Below, piece by piece: positions 14,101 through 25,257 of a DNA stretch of 64,000 bases. The notes beneath the pieces were generated by a model that had not been told where the DNA came from, ran no database searches, and saw only the letters and a program-made list of their open reading frames with translations. Position numbers and translations under genes: made by a program. The number at the start of each line of letters is the position of its first letter. Position 1 is the stretch's first letter. The DNA comes from Trichosphaerium sp. ATCC 40318 (Eukaryota > Protista > Tubulinea). The DNA lies in the NCBI GenBank assembly GCA_038496445.1, contig JALMLS010000216.1, positions 372,001 to 436,000 of the forward strand, written 5' to 3'.

Positions 14101-15046
14101 TTCTATAGGTGGATGTCTGAAAAATATGACGGCATACGTGCTTACTGGGACGGAGAAAAAATGTATACTAGAAATAATAAAACGATAACTGTACCAAAAG
14201 AATTTGCCAAACAACTTCCAGAAGGATTCCCATTGGATGGAGAACTATGGTATAGAGCTTACCAAAGAATATTTTAAATATCTTACTATCATATTAGGTC
14301 AGGTTATGGCACTAGAGAGAAAACAATAACACATGTTGTCAAATCAAAATCAGACTGGCAAAGTACGAAAAAAAGAAGAATCCATCTTTGGTTACAATTG
14401 TTTTCTTTTCTTACAAAAAAGCCGTAGATGTTACCTACAAAGTTTTCGATACACCTATACCAAACACGCCGTTTGAAGAGCGTATTAATATACTAAAGAG
14501 TAATACAAAACTGAAAAATAGTCCCAGCATACACGTGGCACCTCAGACCAAGTGTGTCAACAATAGTCACTTACACATGACTTTGAAGGACATTCTTTCG
14601 AAGGGTGGCGAGGGTATTGTAATAAGGGAACCTGGATCATTATATAGAGCCGGTAGGGTATCTTCTGTATTGAAAGTCAAACCACATTATGAAATTGAAG
14701 GGAAGATGTTAAGACCACACAACACAGCAAACTTTTTGCTTTGTGAACTTGCAAATGGTGAAAACGTTTTTGTAAAGTGTAGCTCTCAAGATGCTAAAAA
14801 CCCACCAGCTCATGGTACAGTGTTGACACTAAGACATGAGGTACGTGTAATAATTATTTTAATGGTGTATTTAAGCACCATACATACCAGTACATGTACC
14901 AGTCAAACGAGTTAACATGGGTTTTTATAAAGGGTATTGAAAACAAAAAGCCAAAGTTTCCGTTTTACTATCAGCGTAGGATAGATATGACTTGGCAAGA
15001 TGTATTAGATGACTATAATCAAGGCGCAGATTCTGTTGTAAAGTAA
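11155..15046 (+). CDS. Trp-rich tandem-repeat protein fused to a PD-(D/E)XK/RAP-like nuclease and an ATP-dependent DNA ligase (about 19 exons)
   Basis: Six repeats centred on (D/C)WY; nuclease-like TLDIFLPIVNIAFEYQGEHHY...DAEKVQECTKNGITIIPIPFWW; ligase motifs I SEKYDGIRAYW, III LDGELW, IIIa YKVFD, IV EGIVIR, V LKVKP, then an OB-like tail. Confidence 0.8.
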
Positions 15047-15241
15047 ATAAAAGTTTCAGATAATCAAGGGTAGTCGTCATCATTGCTCAAAACATTTAAC
15101 CTGACAAGTTCTTTTTTTTTTGTGTATCTAAAGTTTGGTTTTTGTTTACTTGTACATTTGTTTTGCTTCTAGATCTATTTGAAGGACACTCATTTTGAGT
15201 ACTTCTTCACTTCTTTTTAACTCTCAATTAACATAAATAGT

Positions 15242-15847
15242 CTACCCTTCAGCTTCTAAATACGCGTTAGATGGAATACCTTGTGTGACAGGTCACAAAA
15301 AAAAAAACAAGCCAAGAGCTTGTATTTGTACCCCACATGCTCGTCATTACTTCTATGAACTTTGGAAGTGGAACGCGTTCGGCAAACTAGATTAAATTAG
15401 ATACTAGCCAAATCTTATAATTAATGTCTCAAAAGAGAAAACCATGCGTCAAGGCGTACGTGTGGCTGTTTGCTGCGTCTTAACTCTTCTTGTATCTAAA
15501 AACACGTTATTAAATGCTTGGAGTGATAGTATAGAGCTCCCAACCGGCGTTTTAAGCAATTACAATAAAAAAAATCAGCAATTAATTGGATAATTCTTTT
15601 AAACGATTGTGCATTGCTTTATACTGCGCGTACGGCATCTAATTGTATTCGTTTTTTAGGTCTTGGTTTTTGAGTGTAACCAACAGGTTTCCGCTTCCAT
15701 GCTTGACGTAACGAGTGCCAATTGGATAACCCTACGACAGTTATATCCTCTATGACATTGGTTATGGCAAAAAAACGCACCCACGTTAACAAACTCATTA
15801 CGCGCGGCAACAGCACTTGCGTTTCTTGCGCTTGCTGCTCTGGACAT
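15242..15847 (-). CDS. Small DUF4050 / Gag1-like clamp domain protein
   Basis: Spliced NEFVNVGLSNWHSLRQAW...FAERVPLPKFIEVMTSMWEAEG resembles the DUF4050 N- and C-terminal motifs. Confidence 0.6.
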
Positions 15848-16530
15848 GCAAAAAAATCAAATTGAGACAGTCTAAGTCATCTTATAATTTTAAGTGCGCA
15901 TGTTTCGGTTACAGACTGCCGTTCTCGAATATTTCCACTGAAAACTTGTATTTTATATTGTTTTGATGACCAACAAGTGTGCTTTAACCAAACCTGCGCC
16001 TTTCCAAACTGAAAAAACCTGTTTAGGAAAATATATTGGTGTTTGTAGTCATACATACGACAACAAACGACATATGAACGTGTGCTTTGTGTTGTTGCAA
16101 TAAATATGACCAAGTTAAGTACCATTGTTACGCTAAAACTGCACAACTTCGGAGTTTAATTGTTAAGATATTCTGAAGGTTGGATAAATAGGAAAGTCAG
16201 GCATACATCTCTATCCAACCTTACTCTACTTGCTTGTTTTGATAATTTGTTTTGATTTTTTGGACACAAAAAAAGTGTTTTGACCTAGTTCACCTGAAAT
16301 TCTTTTATCAAAGGAAACGCTGAAAGGCACTACTTGTCGTCATACCAAGTTTGTTTTTCATAAGATTAAAGGCAAAAGAGGGTTCGTGGAGCAATTGTGG
16401 TTAATTATTTGCAACGCATTTTTTTATTTGAGTTGCCATCAAACACTTAGTTATAACTATCTACGACACTGTATTCGCTAATTTCGGTACTTAGCATAAT
16501 TTTAAAAAAATTTATCGCGCAATATTACAA

Positions 16531-18645
16531 ATGAGCGTTCCGGACGAGCACATGGTCCGACGAGAACATGATGGTGCAACTACGACGCCTGAAATGAGAA
16601 ATTTGCTTGGTAACACTCTTTGCACAAAACTCTCTTTTTATATTGCATCGCTCATTGTATTAGTTGCTGCAAGAGATTTGTGTAGACAGTTTCAAGACAA
16701 AGCAAACATAAGTGGAGATGAACAACTTCGGCGTAACTATCAAAGATGGCTCAGTCAAGTAGGCAGTGCGCTAGGTACGCTAATTTACTGTTTTGAACCT
16801 TTTTAAAGTTCAGGTTTTGTTTTTTCTAATTCTAACATATAAACCAAACTAGGCGAAAGTGGTAGCCAATTACCTGCAAAACGTCCAAACAAGAGGGGTT
16901 TAAGGTTACCCTTATCTAAACAGCAGATTAACCAAGTCATGAATGACGGTTATTTGCTCACAATGGACGAGAAAAGGCAAATACATCAGTTTTTCTCGAG
17001 TACAAAGCAATTCCGTACGTTTTATGAACGCCATTTCGTTTTTTTTTCTTTTTTTGTTTCTGAAGCCTAACATTGCTTCTTAGCTAACCCTACGGGTACT
17101 GGTTACGAAGTGGAGTTTGTATTTCGCGAGTTTATTTCAAGAGAGCATGATCATTGGGAATTTCACCAAATAGTCCTTTGTATCAACTACGACACGAGAG
17201 GATTTGTTAAAAAGCGTAAGAGAGGTGTTCTGAGCAACGGACCAAGACTACTTTTTGAGCTGTTAGTTAACCCTACAGTTGGCTCAAAGTGGGACGTATC
17301 ACGTACGTATTGTGTAGTTTGTTTCTATGAAGAAATTAGCTTTCTTTGTTGCACAGTGTGGAACTATTTCTTCCGCCCTTGAAAAGTTTCTCCGTATACT
17401 ATTTGATTGTTATCTGACGTATTGTGTATAAAGGAGAGTATCGTATGTATCATTTGGTGCTTATGACAAGTGCAAAGGAGCCTATTGAGAATGTACATGA
17501 AGAACGTTTGTTTCAAATATTTTATGAGTTATCACTACTTGAAGAGCCAGTAACACGTAGTTATAGGTGCGTATTTTTGCATACACTTTTTCCTTTTTGT
17601 GTTCTGCTGGCGCAGTACAACATTTTGTTTTGATCAAAATTGGAAATGTTTTTGTGGATTTTTTCTTACAAGTTCCGAAAGGTGCTTTCTGTGCGATACT
17701 TTATTCCGAAATAAATATTATAAACACATGGGTAAAGATCATCAAGTGTGCTTTACTACACTTCAAAAATTGGTAAGTGCAACCTTCCGGCTCATTCCGA
17801 CAGTGGAAGAATAACAGAAAAAAACCCCGACGGACTTCAAAGTCTTTTTTGTTCGTTGTTCTGATCTCATTCCGTTTTTTTTTTAGTTGCACTGCAAGGA
17901 CCTGTTTTTGGCGTATAGATCAGATGTGGCCAAAGGCGTTTTAGATTTTTCAAATGACGTTATAGGCCGAATTAAGGAAATGTATATTGTACAGCCTAGT
18001 ACACACCAGCGCCATCAAGAGTTTACTCTTTCTACTCAATCATCTCTACGCGACTCTTTTGCATCGGACTGTAGTAGCGAATCGTCTATGGAGATGGACC
18101 TTGATGGTACATTATCGCCTTCTGGCATAGAGCAACCTAATCATTCCTCAATGTCGATTTTACGCTTTGCTGCACTTAATCAGCAGGTAAGAGTTGGCTT
18201 AATGGTCTTACTTACTTTCCTTTACTGATTTTCTTGCTCAGAAACTAAAGCAAGAGAGCGCTTATCATCGTTCACCAAGTGGTGATTTAAAGGCAAAGAG
18301 TACATCAGCTGTACCAATGCGTAGTAGTGGATCTAGCTTTCGTGGGCTCACAATGGGCACTAATATAAACAACAAGCGTATGCAATTCACAGATTCTAGG
18401 TAAGTAACAAGCTTGTAGAGTACAAGTATTTTTTCGGTTTTTTTTGTAGAATCTCACGCTTCTCGTGTAGTGCTAGGAAACTATCACACTCTGCTTCTAT
18501 ACATAGTAATTATACTCTTGGAGAAGAAAGGCGACCAGGTTACCCTGGTTATACACGAAGTAGGTCTCATGGTGATATTGATTTTGAAAACGAGCAGGAT
18601 AGTAATACTCAAAAGTATTTACGTGTTAACGCGTTGCTCAACTGA
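16531..18645 (+). CDS. Uncharacterised multi-exon protein with a possible C2H2-like finger and a Ser-rich tail
   Basis: Consecutive exons with GT-AG boundaries; CFLCDTLFRNKYYKHMGKDH. Confidence 0.5.
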
Positions 18646-19018
18646 TGAGAAGAAAAGAAAAAAAAAAGAACAAAAAAAATAGAAAGTCTAAGACTTTCTT
18701 TCTCTCACAAAAAAGTGAACTAATACTGTATTGTATACCGTGTACCATATTCTTTCTTTGTAAAAAAAAGAAAAAGAAAGAAAAAAAAAACTTATTTAAA
18801 TGTACAAAATGGCCATCTCTTTGCTTAAATGACTTTTTTTTTGGAGAAGGGTATCGAGTCAGTGATGGATTAGCCTTAATTCATACATTATATAATGACA
18901 ATGAAACAGAAGAACATTGTATTAAACAAATCGAGATTCACTGTCATCGCTTAACACAAAGAGTAGATTAAGTTGTTTTGTCACTACACGTGCATAACCA
19001 ATAAGTAGAACACTTGTA

Positions 19019-20368
19019 ATGAATTTCTGTGGTGTTTCAGTTGATCAAGCACTTGAATATTGCAGTAAGCATCCAGGAGCGTTGGATTCAATAATGGCAA
19101 AAGAGAACTCCCAAACATTCATACAGCGCCTAACAAATATTTTAAACGTATCTAATGCGGAGCTTGTAAAACAATTTGATAATCTTGTCAAAGACACAAC
19201 CACAGCCATAAATGCGGATGAAGATCATCAAATACATCTCCCAGCCCTCAAATTAGAGTACACTAATAGAAGAGAGCCACGGAATATTCTTAATTTCCCA
19301 GTGGAGGTGATTTCAAATATTCTTGTACATACAGAAGCGAAGGCACGATTTGTCGTTGCTCAATCTTGTCATTTGATGGCTGATATTATTCACGATATTG
19401 TTGGATATGAGATAGTTTATCTAAACACTATTTCAGATATTTTAAAGATAAGACAGTACAGAGGTATCAAAAACAATAGTATGATTGTATTGAAGACAGA
19501 AAGTACTTTGTTTTCATTACTCGATGGATGCAGGCATATCAAAGCAAGCAAGGCAATATTTCAAACACATCTTGTACAAATAAAGGACGTGGATTTGAGA
19601 GCACTTGCTGGTGTTTATAGCATTGATGTCAAAAACAACAAACAGGTTACTGATGCTGGTATACAAGCGCTTGCAGGTGTTCATACTATCAACCTTGAAA
19701 GCACTTGTGTAACAAAAGAAGGTTTAGAAGCACTGGCTGGCGTTCATGACATTTCTCTTCGTCACATTAAGCTAACTGACTGGGATATTGCAGCTTTGAA
19801 AGGTGTTCATAGAATAGACCTATCATTCTCTAATGTGGATGATAAAGGTGTCAAAGCACTTAGTGGCGTCCATTCTATTTCACTAACGTGTTGTGGCCGT
19901 GTGACAGATAAAAGTATAAAGAAGTTGGCAGGTGTTTATTCCATTAATCTTGATTACACTGAAGTTACTGATGAAGGTATTAAAGCTCTTGCTGGTGTTC
20001 ATAATATTCACCTTACCCAAACTTCTGTGACAGATGAAGGGCTAAGCTTCTTAAGAGGTGCTCATACTATTAACTTGGGCAGGTGTGAAAATGTGACAGA
20101 TGCAGGTATTAAGAAGTTAAAAGGTGTACATTGCATTTTCCTCAACAACACTTCTATTACTGATGAAGGAATCAAAGCACTCAATGGTGTTCATTCTATC
20201 TATATTCACAATACTGCAGTGACAGATGAAGGGCTCAAATTCCTACAAGGTGTTCATACTATTGGTTGTTCTGGTTGTAAAAATATAACTGACAAAGGAC
20301 GTAAAGCACTGAAACCTTCTAACGTCATTGGTCGACATTTCAAACGAGGTAAATGGAGCTGTAACTAG
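19019..20368 (+). CDS. Intronless F-box + leucine-rich-repeat protein
   Basis: F-box-like NILNFPVEVISNIL...VAQSCHLM, then about 11 repeats of 22-23 aa (VTDEGIKALAGVHTINL). Confidence 0.85.
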   Translation: MNFCGVSVDQALEYCSKHPGALDSIMAKENSQTFIQRLTNILNVSNAELVKQFDNLVKDTTTAINADEDHQIHLPALKLEYTNRREPRNILNFPVEVISNILVHTEAKARFVVAQSCHLMADIIHDIVGYEIVYLNTISDILKIRQYRGIKNNSMIVLKTESTLFSLLDGCRHIKASKAIFQTHLVQIKDVDLRALAGVYSIDVKNNKQVTDAGIQALAGVHTINLESTCVTKEGLEALAGVHDISLRHIKLTDWDIAALKGVHRIDLSFSNVDDKGVKALSGVHSISLTCCGRVTDKSIKKLAGVYSINLDYTEVTDEGIKALAGVHNIHLTQTSVTDEGLSFLRGAHTINLGRCENVTDAGIKKLKGVHCIFLNNTSITDEGIKALNGVHSIYIHNTAVTDEGLKFLQGVHTIGCSGCKNITDKGRKALKPSNVIGRHFKRGKWSCN

Positions 20369-20484
20369 AAACGACTCAGAAAAATAAAAGTATCAACCCA
20401 ACACTAGCCTTTGAAAAGAATCCTCAAGAGCACGTGTTTATTCAAGGTTCACTTAAATAAGTTGAATTAAGTTACATCACAAAA

Positions 20485-21637
20485 ATGCCGCCAAAGAAGA
20501 AAAGAAACAAGTACGTTCAGTACGGAGTAACACTTTACGTATTCATAGCATAATTAGGGTGATGGCTGAACCAGTTGCATTTGTTTTCGCTCTACCTGAG
20601 CTGTTAAACTGTATATGCGGTAAAGTGCCTTTATCGTCTCATTTGGCCATATCTCTTGTATGTAAGGCGTTTAACTGCGCCGCTAACAGCTGTGACGTTT
20701 TTTCTGGACGAGTAGCAACAGATTTCGACATGTCAGTGCTTCCACGCTTTAACAAGGACAAAAAAGTAGACCACAGAGACATAGAAACGTATTTAGCAAT
20801 GACATGGCGATATCAGTTATTTGCGTACTTTCTTGAGGAAAGATCACCTGGGGGCTTCTTATTTGGAGGCGGGGCAAGACCAAATTTTGGGGGGTATGTG
20901 CATTTTACGAACAAACAAGTAAAAACACAGTTTGTCTTCTTTCAGTTAAAAGTTGACTTTTTCTTTCATTTAGTGGTACATTTCAGATCTGGGAACCTCC
21001 TTTGACTGTGTCTAAATGTAGTATTCTACGCCATGAAGGTGACTTAGAGGATCCATTGAAGCATTTTAAAACTGCGAAGGAAGCATATAAAGCGTTATGG
21101 ACAGTTGTTCGAAGCAGAGACTTGCTGTTTAAATACAATGTTTACGCAATTTCAGAATCTGATTATAAGTATGCACCTTTCATGGTTAGTTGTGATGCTT
21201 CTACTCCCAATACAAGAGAGGGACTAGTTAATGCTGTTGGCATTATTGACAAACTAAAAGAGGTAACGTAGCAGCTTTTTGACAATCAAAAAACAAAAAA
21301 CATGAGAAATTAATGCCTTGTTTTTGACTTTCAATTGTTTTTACATTGCCTCCTACGCCATGTGTACTGACTTATCAAAAACACCTAGGCCATAGGAGAA
21401 CAAGTATTTGTACGAGATGACGAGAATGGTAGTAATGATCCTGAAGATATAAAAGAGTTTTTTGACAAGAAAAAAACAGCAGCTAAAGTAGAAGAAATGT
21501 TTAAAGAACTTGCTGGAAACGATATGATAGGGTTTCATTTAGGAGGAGAGCTATGTAATCCATTCCCAGTATTTATGGTGTGTAAGGTATCACCAACTGT
21601 GATTGGAGGCGTTGTAGGAGCCTTCACATGGACATGA
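20485..21637 (+). CDS. F-box protein with a C-terminal NuiA (nuclease A inhibitor)-like domain
   Basis: MPPKKKR NLS-like start; F-box VFALPELLNCIC...ISLVCKAF; ISESDYKYAPF and terminal PVFMVCKVSPTVIGGVVGAFTWT resemble the ends of NuiA. Confidence 0.55.
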
Positions 21638-22142
21638 TTCACGTTACTACACAAAGTCATAATAAACATTCCTTCATTCACTTTGTTATTCTTAGATACT
21701 TTGTAAAGATCACTAGTATCTACATGCACTTGAGGCAACGGATTGTGTAGTTCGTTTGAAGCTACAACGTTAGACGATTTTGTTGTTTGTTTCTAAACGC
21801 AGGCACAGTGCAGTGTAATCCATTACCAGTGTATACCGTAATAAGTACCATCATCTCCTTCATGGAGAGTTGTCTAGTACTAGTGCATGTCCGAAGTTTC
21901 GGGTACTTTCATTTGGCTTTGCAAGCAGCAGGCTTCTTCTTGGTTATCATCCGCTAGTTGCCCTTACAGAATGCTAGAGAGTGGTGAGTACAGTTTCACA
22001 CTTCATAAAATAAAGACCTTACGCTGTTGTGGCAACCATAACTTGAGTTAGCGTGATTTCTCCTTAGAAAACATCGCCTTTTGTCGTTTCTGACGGTTCA
22101 CCACAAAATTGCTTATCCCTCTCTTTTTTGAATATTACAAAA

Positions 22143-24496
22143 TTATATCCCGTTGGCGTATAGAACATCAGTACTTGGTTTCATCAAGCATTCTACTTAC
22201 AAGTAAATTCGCAGTTAAAGACAGCGAACAGAGAAATTTTTTTTCGAGAATTGTTTGTAGATTTTCGTACCTTTGTTAGGCTTAGTTTCTATGGATTGTA
22301 GTAGCGGTTGTTCGCCTTGAGGTACTTTCACATTTATACTAGGACATTGCTGTTTTATTGTAGCTGCTAAGGAACCTGCATCACCACTCCACCAGTACGG
22401 AATATGAGCAAGAGTTACACCTATTGAAACGTCAAAAAAGATCGCAATTACTGCAAAGCTTTTGTACCTGCATCTGCACAATGCTGACTCTTTTCATAGT
22501 CAAGAATGCATTGTTTATCGGCATTATGCCATTTAAACGTGTCTTCATAGTGTTGCTGACCTAGCAAATCTGAGTGAATCGCGACAGAACTTTTTTTTTT
22601 ATTACCTTGGTACTCCACGGCAAGATTGTGTTCAGGGACGTATACATCAACAGATAATGGAAATCCGTCCCCTGAGCCCCTAACAGTAATATCCATTTCC
22701 TCTATAACATTAGAACCAGGAAATATATCTTTCATCTTGTTAACAAGTGTCCTAAAAATAAGATCGTCAGGCCTCAAAAAATGACGTTTTTGAAATTGAG
22801 TTTGATTTGTAAATCGTGTAAGATTTTTTTGAATTGAGAGTTTGTATTTGAAAAAAATCACGTGATTTTTTTTCATGGGTAGTACTTTTGTTGGGTGCTT
22901 TTTGAGAAGGTATTAAACTGTTCCCACGCCCAAGGAAATTTAGGTTCTATCAATGAAAGCATTTGTGGCCAATATCTTTGTAATGTCCTACTAGCACCAC
23001 AAGAAAGCAACTGGCTCAAAGAAACCCGATACCTTAAAAACAAGTTAAAAATAGTTAAAAAAACAATCACAATAAACAAAGGGAGGCCTTTAACGCACCA
23101 AGACTCCGCACTTGTGATACCAAGCTGATTCTTAACCTTATTTAAAAACGTTTGCTTGTGCCCATCATCCTTCCAGTAGCTAATCTCAAAAGCCTTGGAT
23201 TTCTCAATATCAAAAAGATCAAACGATTGGTCATCCCACGCATAACTTCCGTATAGCTGTTTTAGCGTCTTCGTCAAGGTACCATATCTAATAATAAAAT
23301 AATGAGTAATGCAGTATGTTTAACTGCATAGATATCAGATATACCTCCTCACTAATGTATGAACCAAGTGTTTAGGCACCAAGCCAGCATGTTCATACCA
23401 ATCATCCATCGTTTTTATTTTTCTGACAAACTCAATATTCTCCAACAAGTTTCTTTGGTTCTCGACATCGTCCCAATAATTAACAGTTTTAACTCTATGA
23501 ATAGCAGCGCGACGATTAGCATAAGACAAGAAGGACCTAGGCTCCCACTGATAATCATTATATACATTCTGAAGGCACCAAGCAAGAGAATTTTCGTACC
23601 TATTATGATGTGAATCTTCCGAATAAAATTATGATAACAGTTGTTTGAAAGGTAAAAGGCTTATTTCTCCGTACATATTTAGCACTCCAGCATCTCTTAA
23701 TCCTTCTATCATACCTTCAGTAACATTATACCAACCTGAAAGCTCTTTTACACCAAGCTGGGATGCAATTGAGTTTAAAGCTTCTTTCCTCTTATCTTGA
23801 CAATCCCAGAACTGTTTAAGAGCAGGTCTGCCGTTGTAAAAATCTTGTGTGAGCGCGTGTATCACACAAAAAGATCCTTTTATTCGGTTTGTGTGTACCT
23901 GAAAGTTTTACCGTTATTTTTCCACTTATGCTCCGGAAATAGCGCCAATAAGCATTGAGCAACAGAACAGTTGTATCTTGATTCAAAATGAGTTGGGTTT
24001 TTGGTTGGAAGTCAAAAAACACAAAAATCAAAAAAAAAACCTTTCACTTGCGTCGTTCCAAGGAAAGTTCCTCCATGACGAATAATAAGCTTGTCGCTAA
24101 CGCCACGCCATTCATCTAAGATTTTTACATTTAGAATCCGCGCAATGTCGTTTAACGCGTTTCGTTGGTTCTCTTTATTATCCCAATACCCTATTGGAGC
24201 ACAACTTTGGCTTTAAGAGGTGTTGACACAAAGTTCATTCTTGTGTACCTGAACTTATACAATCTCCACTCGTACCGCGGGTACATTGTGCGTGCGTATT
24301 TAATTACGCCAGCGTAGCTTGTTTTAATGCTTAGCAAAACAAAAAAGTGTAAACATCGCGCGTACACGTTTTTTATCGCCCCTTTACTATGCTGGTGAAC
24401 TTGGCTGCTTTTTACAGCATACCAATCGTCACAAGTGCGCACTTTCAGTTTTACTGCCAACTGCTCATAAAACGAGACATTTAACCTCGCCCTCAT
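22143..24496 (-). CDS. Paralog of 11155-15046: five Trp-rich repeats + PD-(D/E)XK/RAP-like nuclease, no ligase
   Basis: Repeats at DDWYAV, DEWRGV, SGWYNV, DDWYEH, ESWYRV; nuclease SVDVYVPEHNLAVEYQGQQHY...DYEKSQHCADAGVTLAHIPYWWSGDAGSLAATIK. Confidence 0.8.
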
Positions 24497-25257
24497 TCTA
24501 CAATTTCTTCGTTTGTTGTTTTGTGAATAATTGCAAAAAACTAGAACTTCACAACGTTTCCGAGGTAAAACAAAAGCACAACTACGCTACAATGTAACTG
24601 TACAGCATGATCCTTAAATTACGACTGGTCAAAATGTGTCTTTTTACGCCTAGCGCTGGCTCGAACTCACACGCTCGTGAGACACACAACTACACGAACT
24701 ACGTCATCAAACGCTTGGCAATTTAAAAATATGGTAAAACCACGTCTACGTCTCCTGACGCGTGTGTTGACTATACTGTACACTTTATAGTAGCTTCTGG
24801 ATACCACAGCTTCCTGTCGTTGCAAAGCAATCAAACAGCGCCCAAACGTATTCAAACGATAAACAAACAACTTAGCGGCTAGTTCGCGACGTTACTTCAG
24901 AATAGCCGAATTTATCTTATCACGAATGACTTGAAAAATGTTGAAATAACTCACAACCCACATTAGCTACCTATTCACACAGCAAGGTACGTCAGCTGCA
25001 TTTCAATTATTTCCTTATTATCTCCGTCTGGACATAAGCTGTCTTTGTGGGAGAGTGACGTTTCGAAACGATTCAATTTTTTTTTTTTCATTATTTTTTT
25101 ATATTGGTGTACGTTAGTTTTGATTAGCTACAGCCACACAACAAGCTTACTACCGGCTCATACAAGCTTAATAAACATGTAAAAAACTCTACTAACCTAC
25201 AGTTTAGCCAATATCACCACGTGAACCAATTTCCCGTTAATCCGCAAGCTACACCAA

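Noticed and set aside
24667-24870. Arg-rich ORF resembling a mitochondrial targeting peptide upstream of the repeat-nuclease paralog
   Set aside because: It starts at a non-ATG codon and I could not join it convincingly to the exon at 24496; organellar targeting remains untested.
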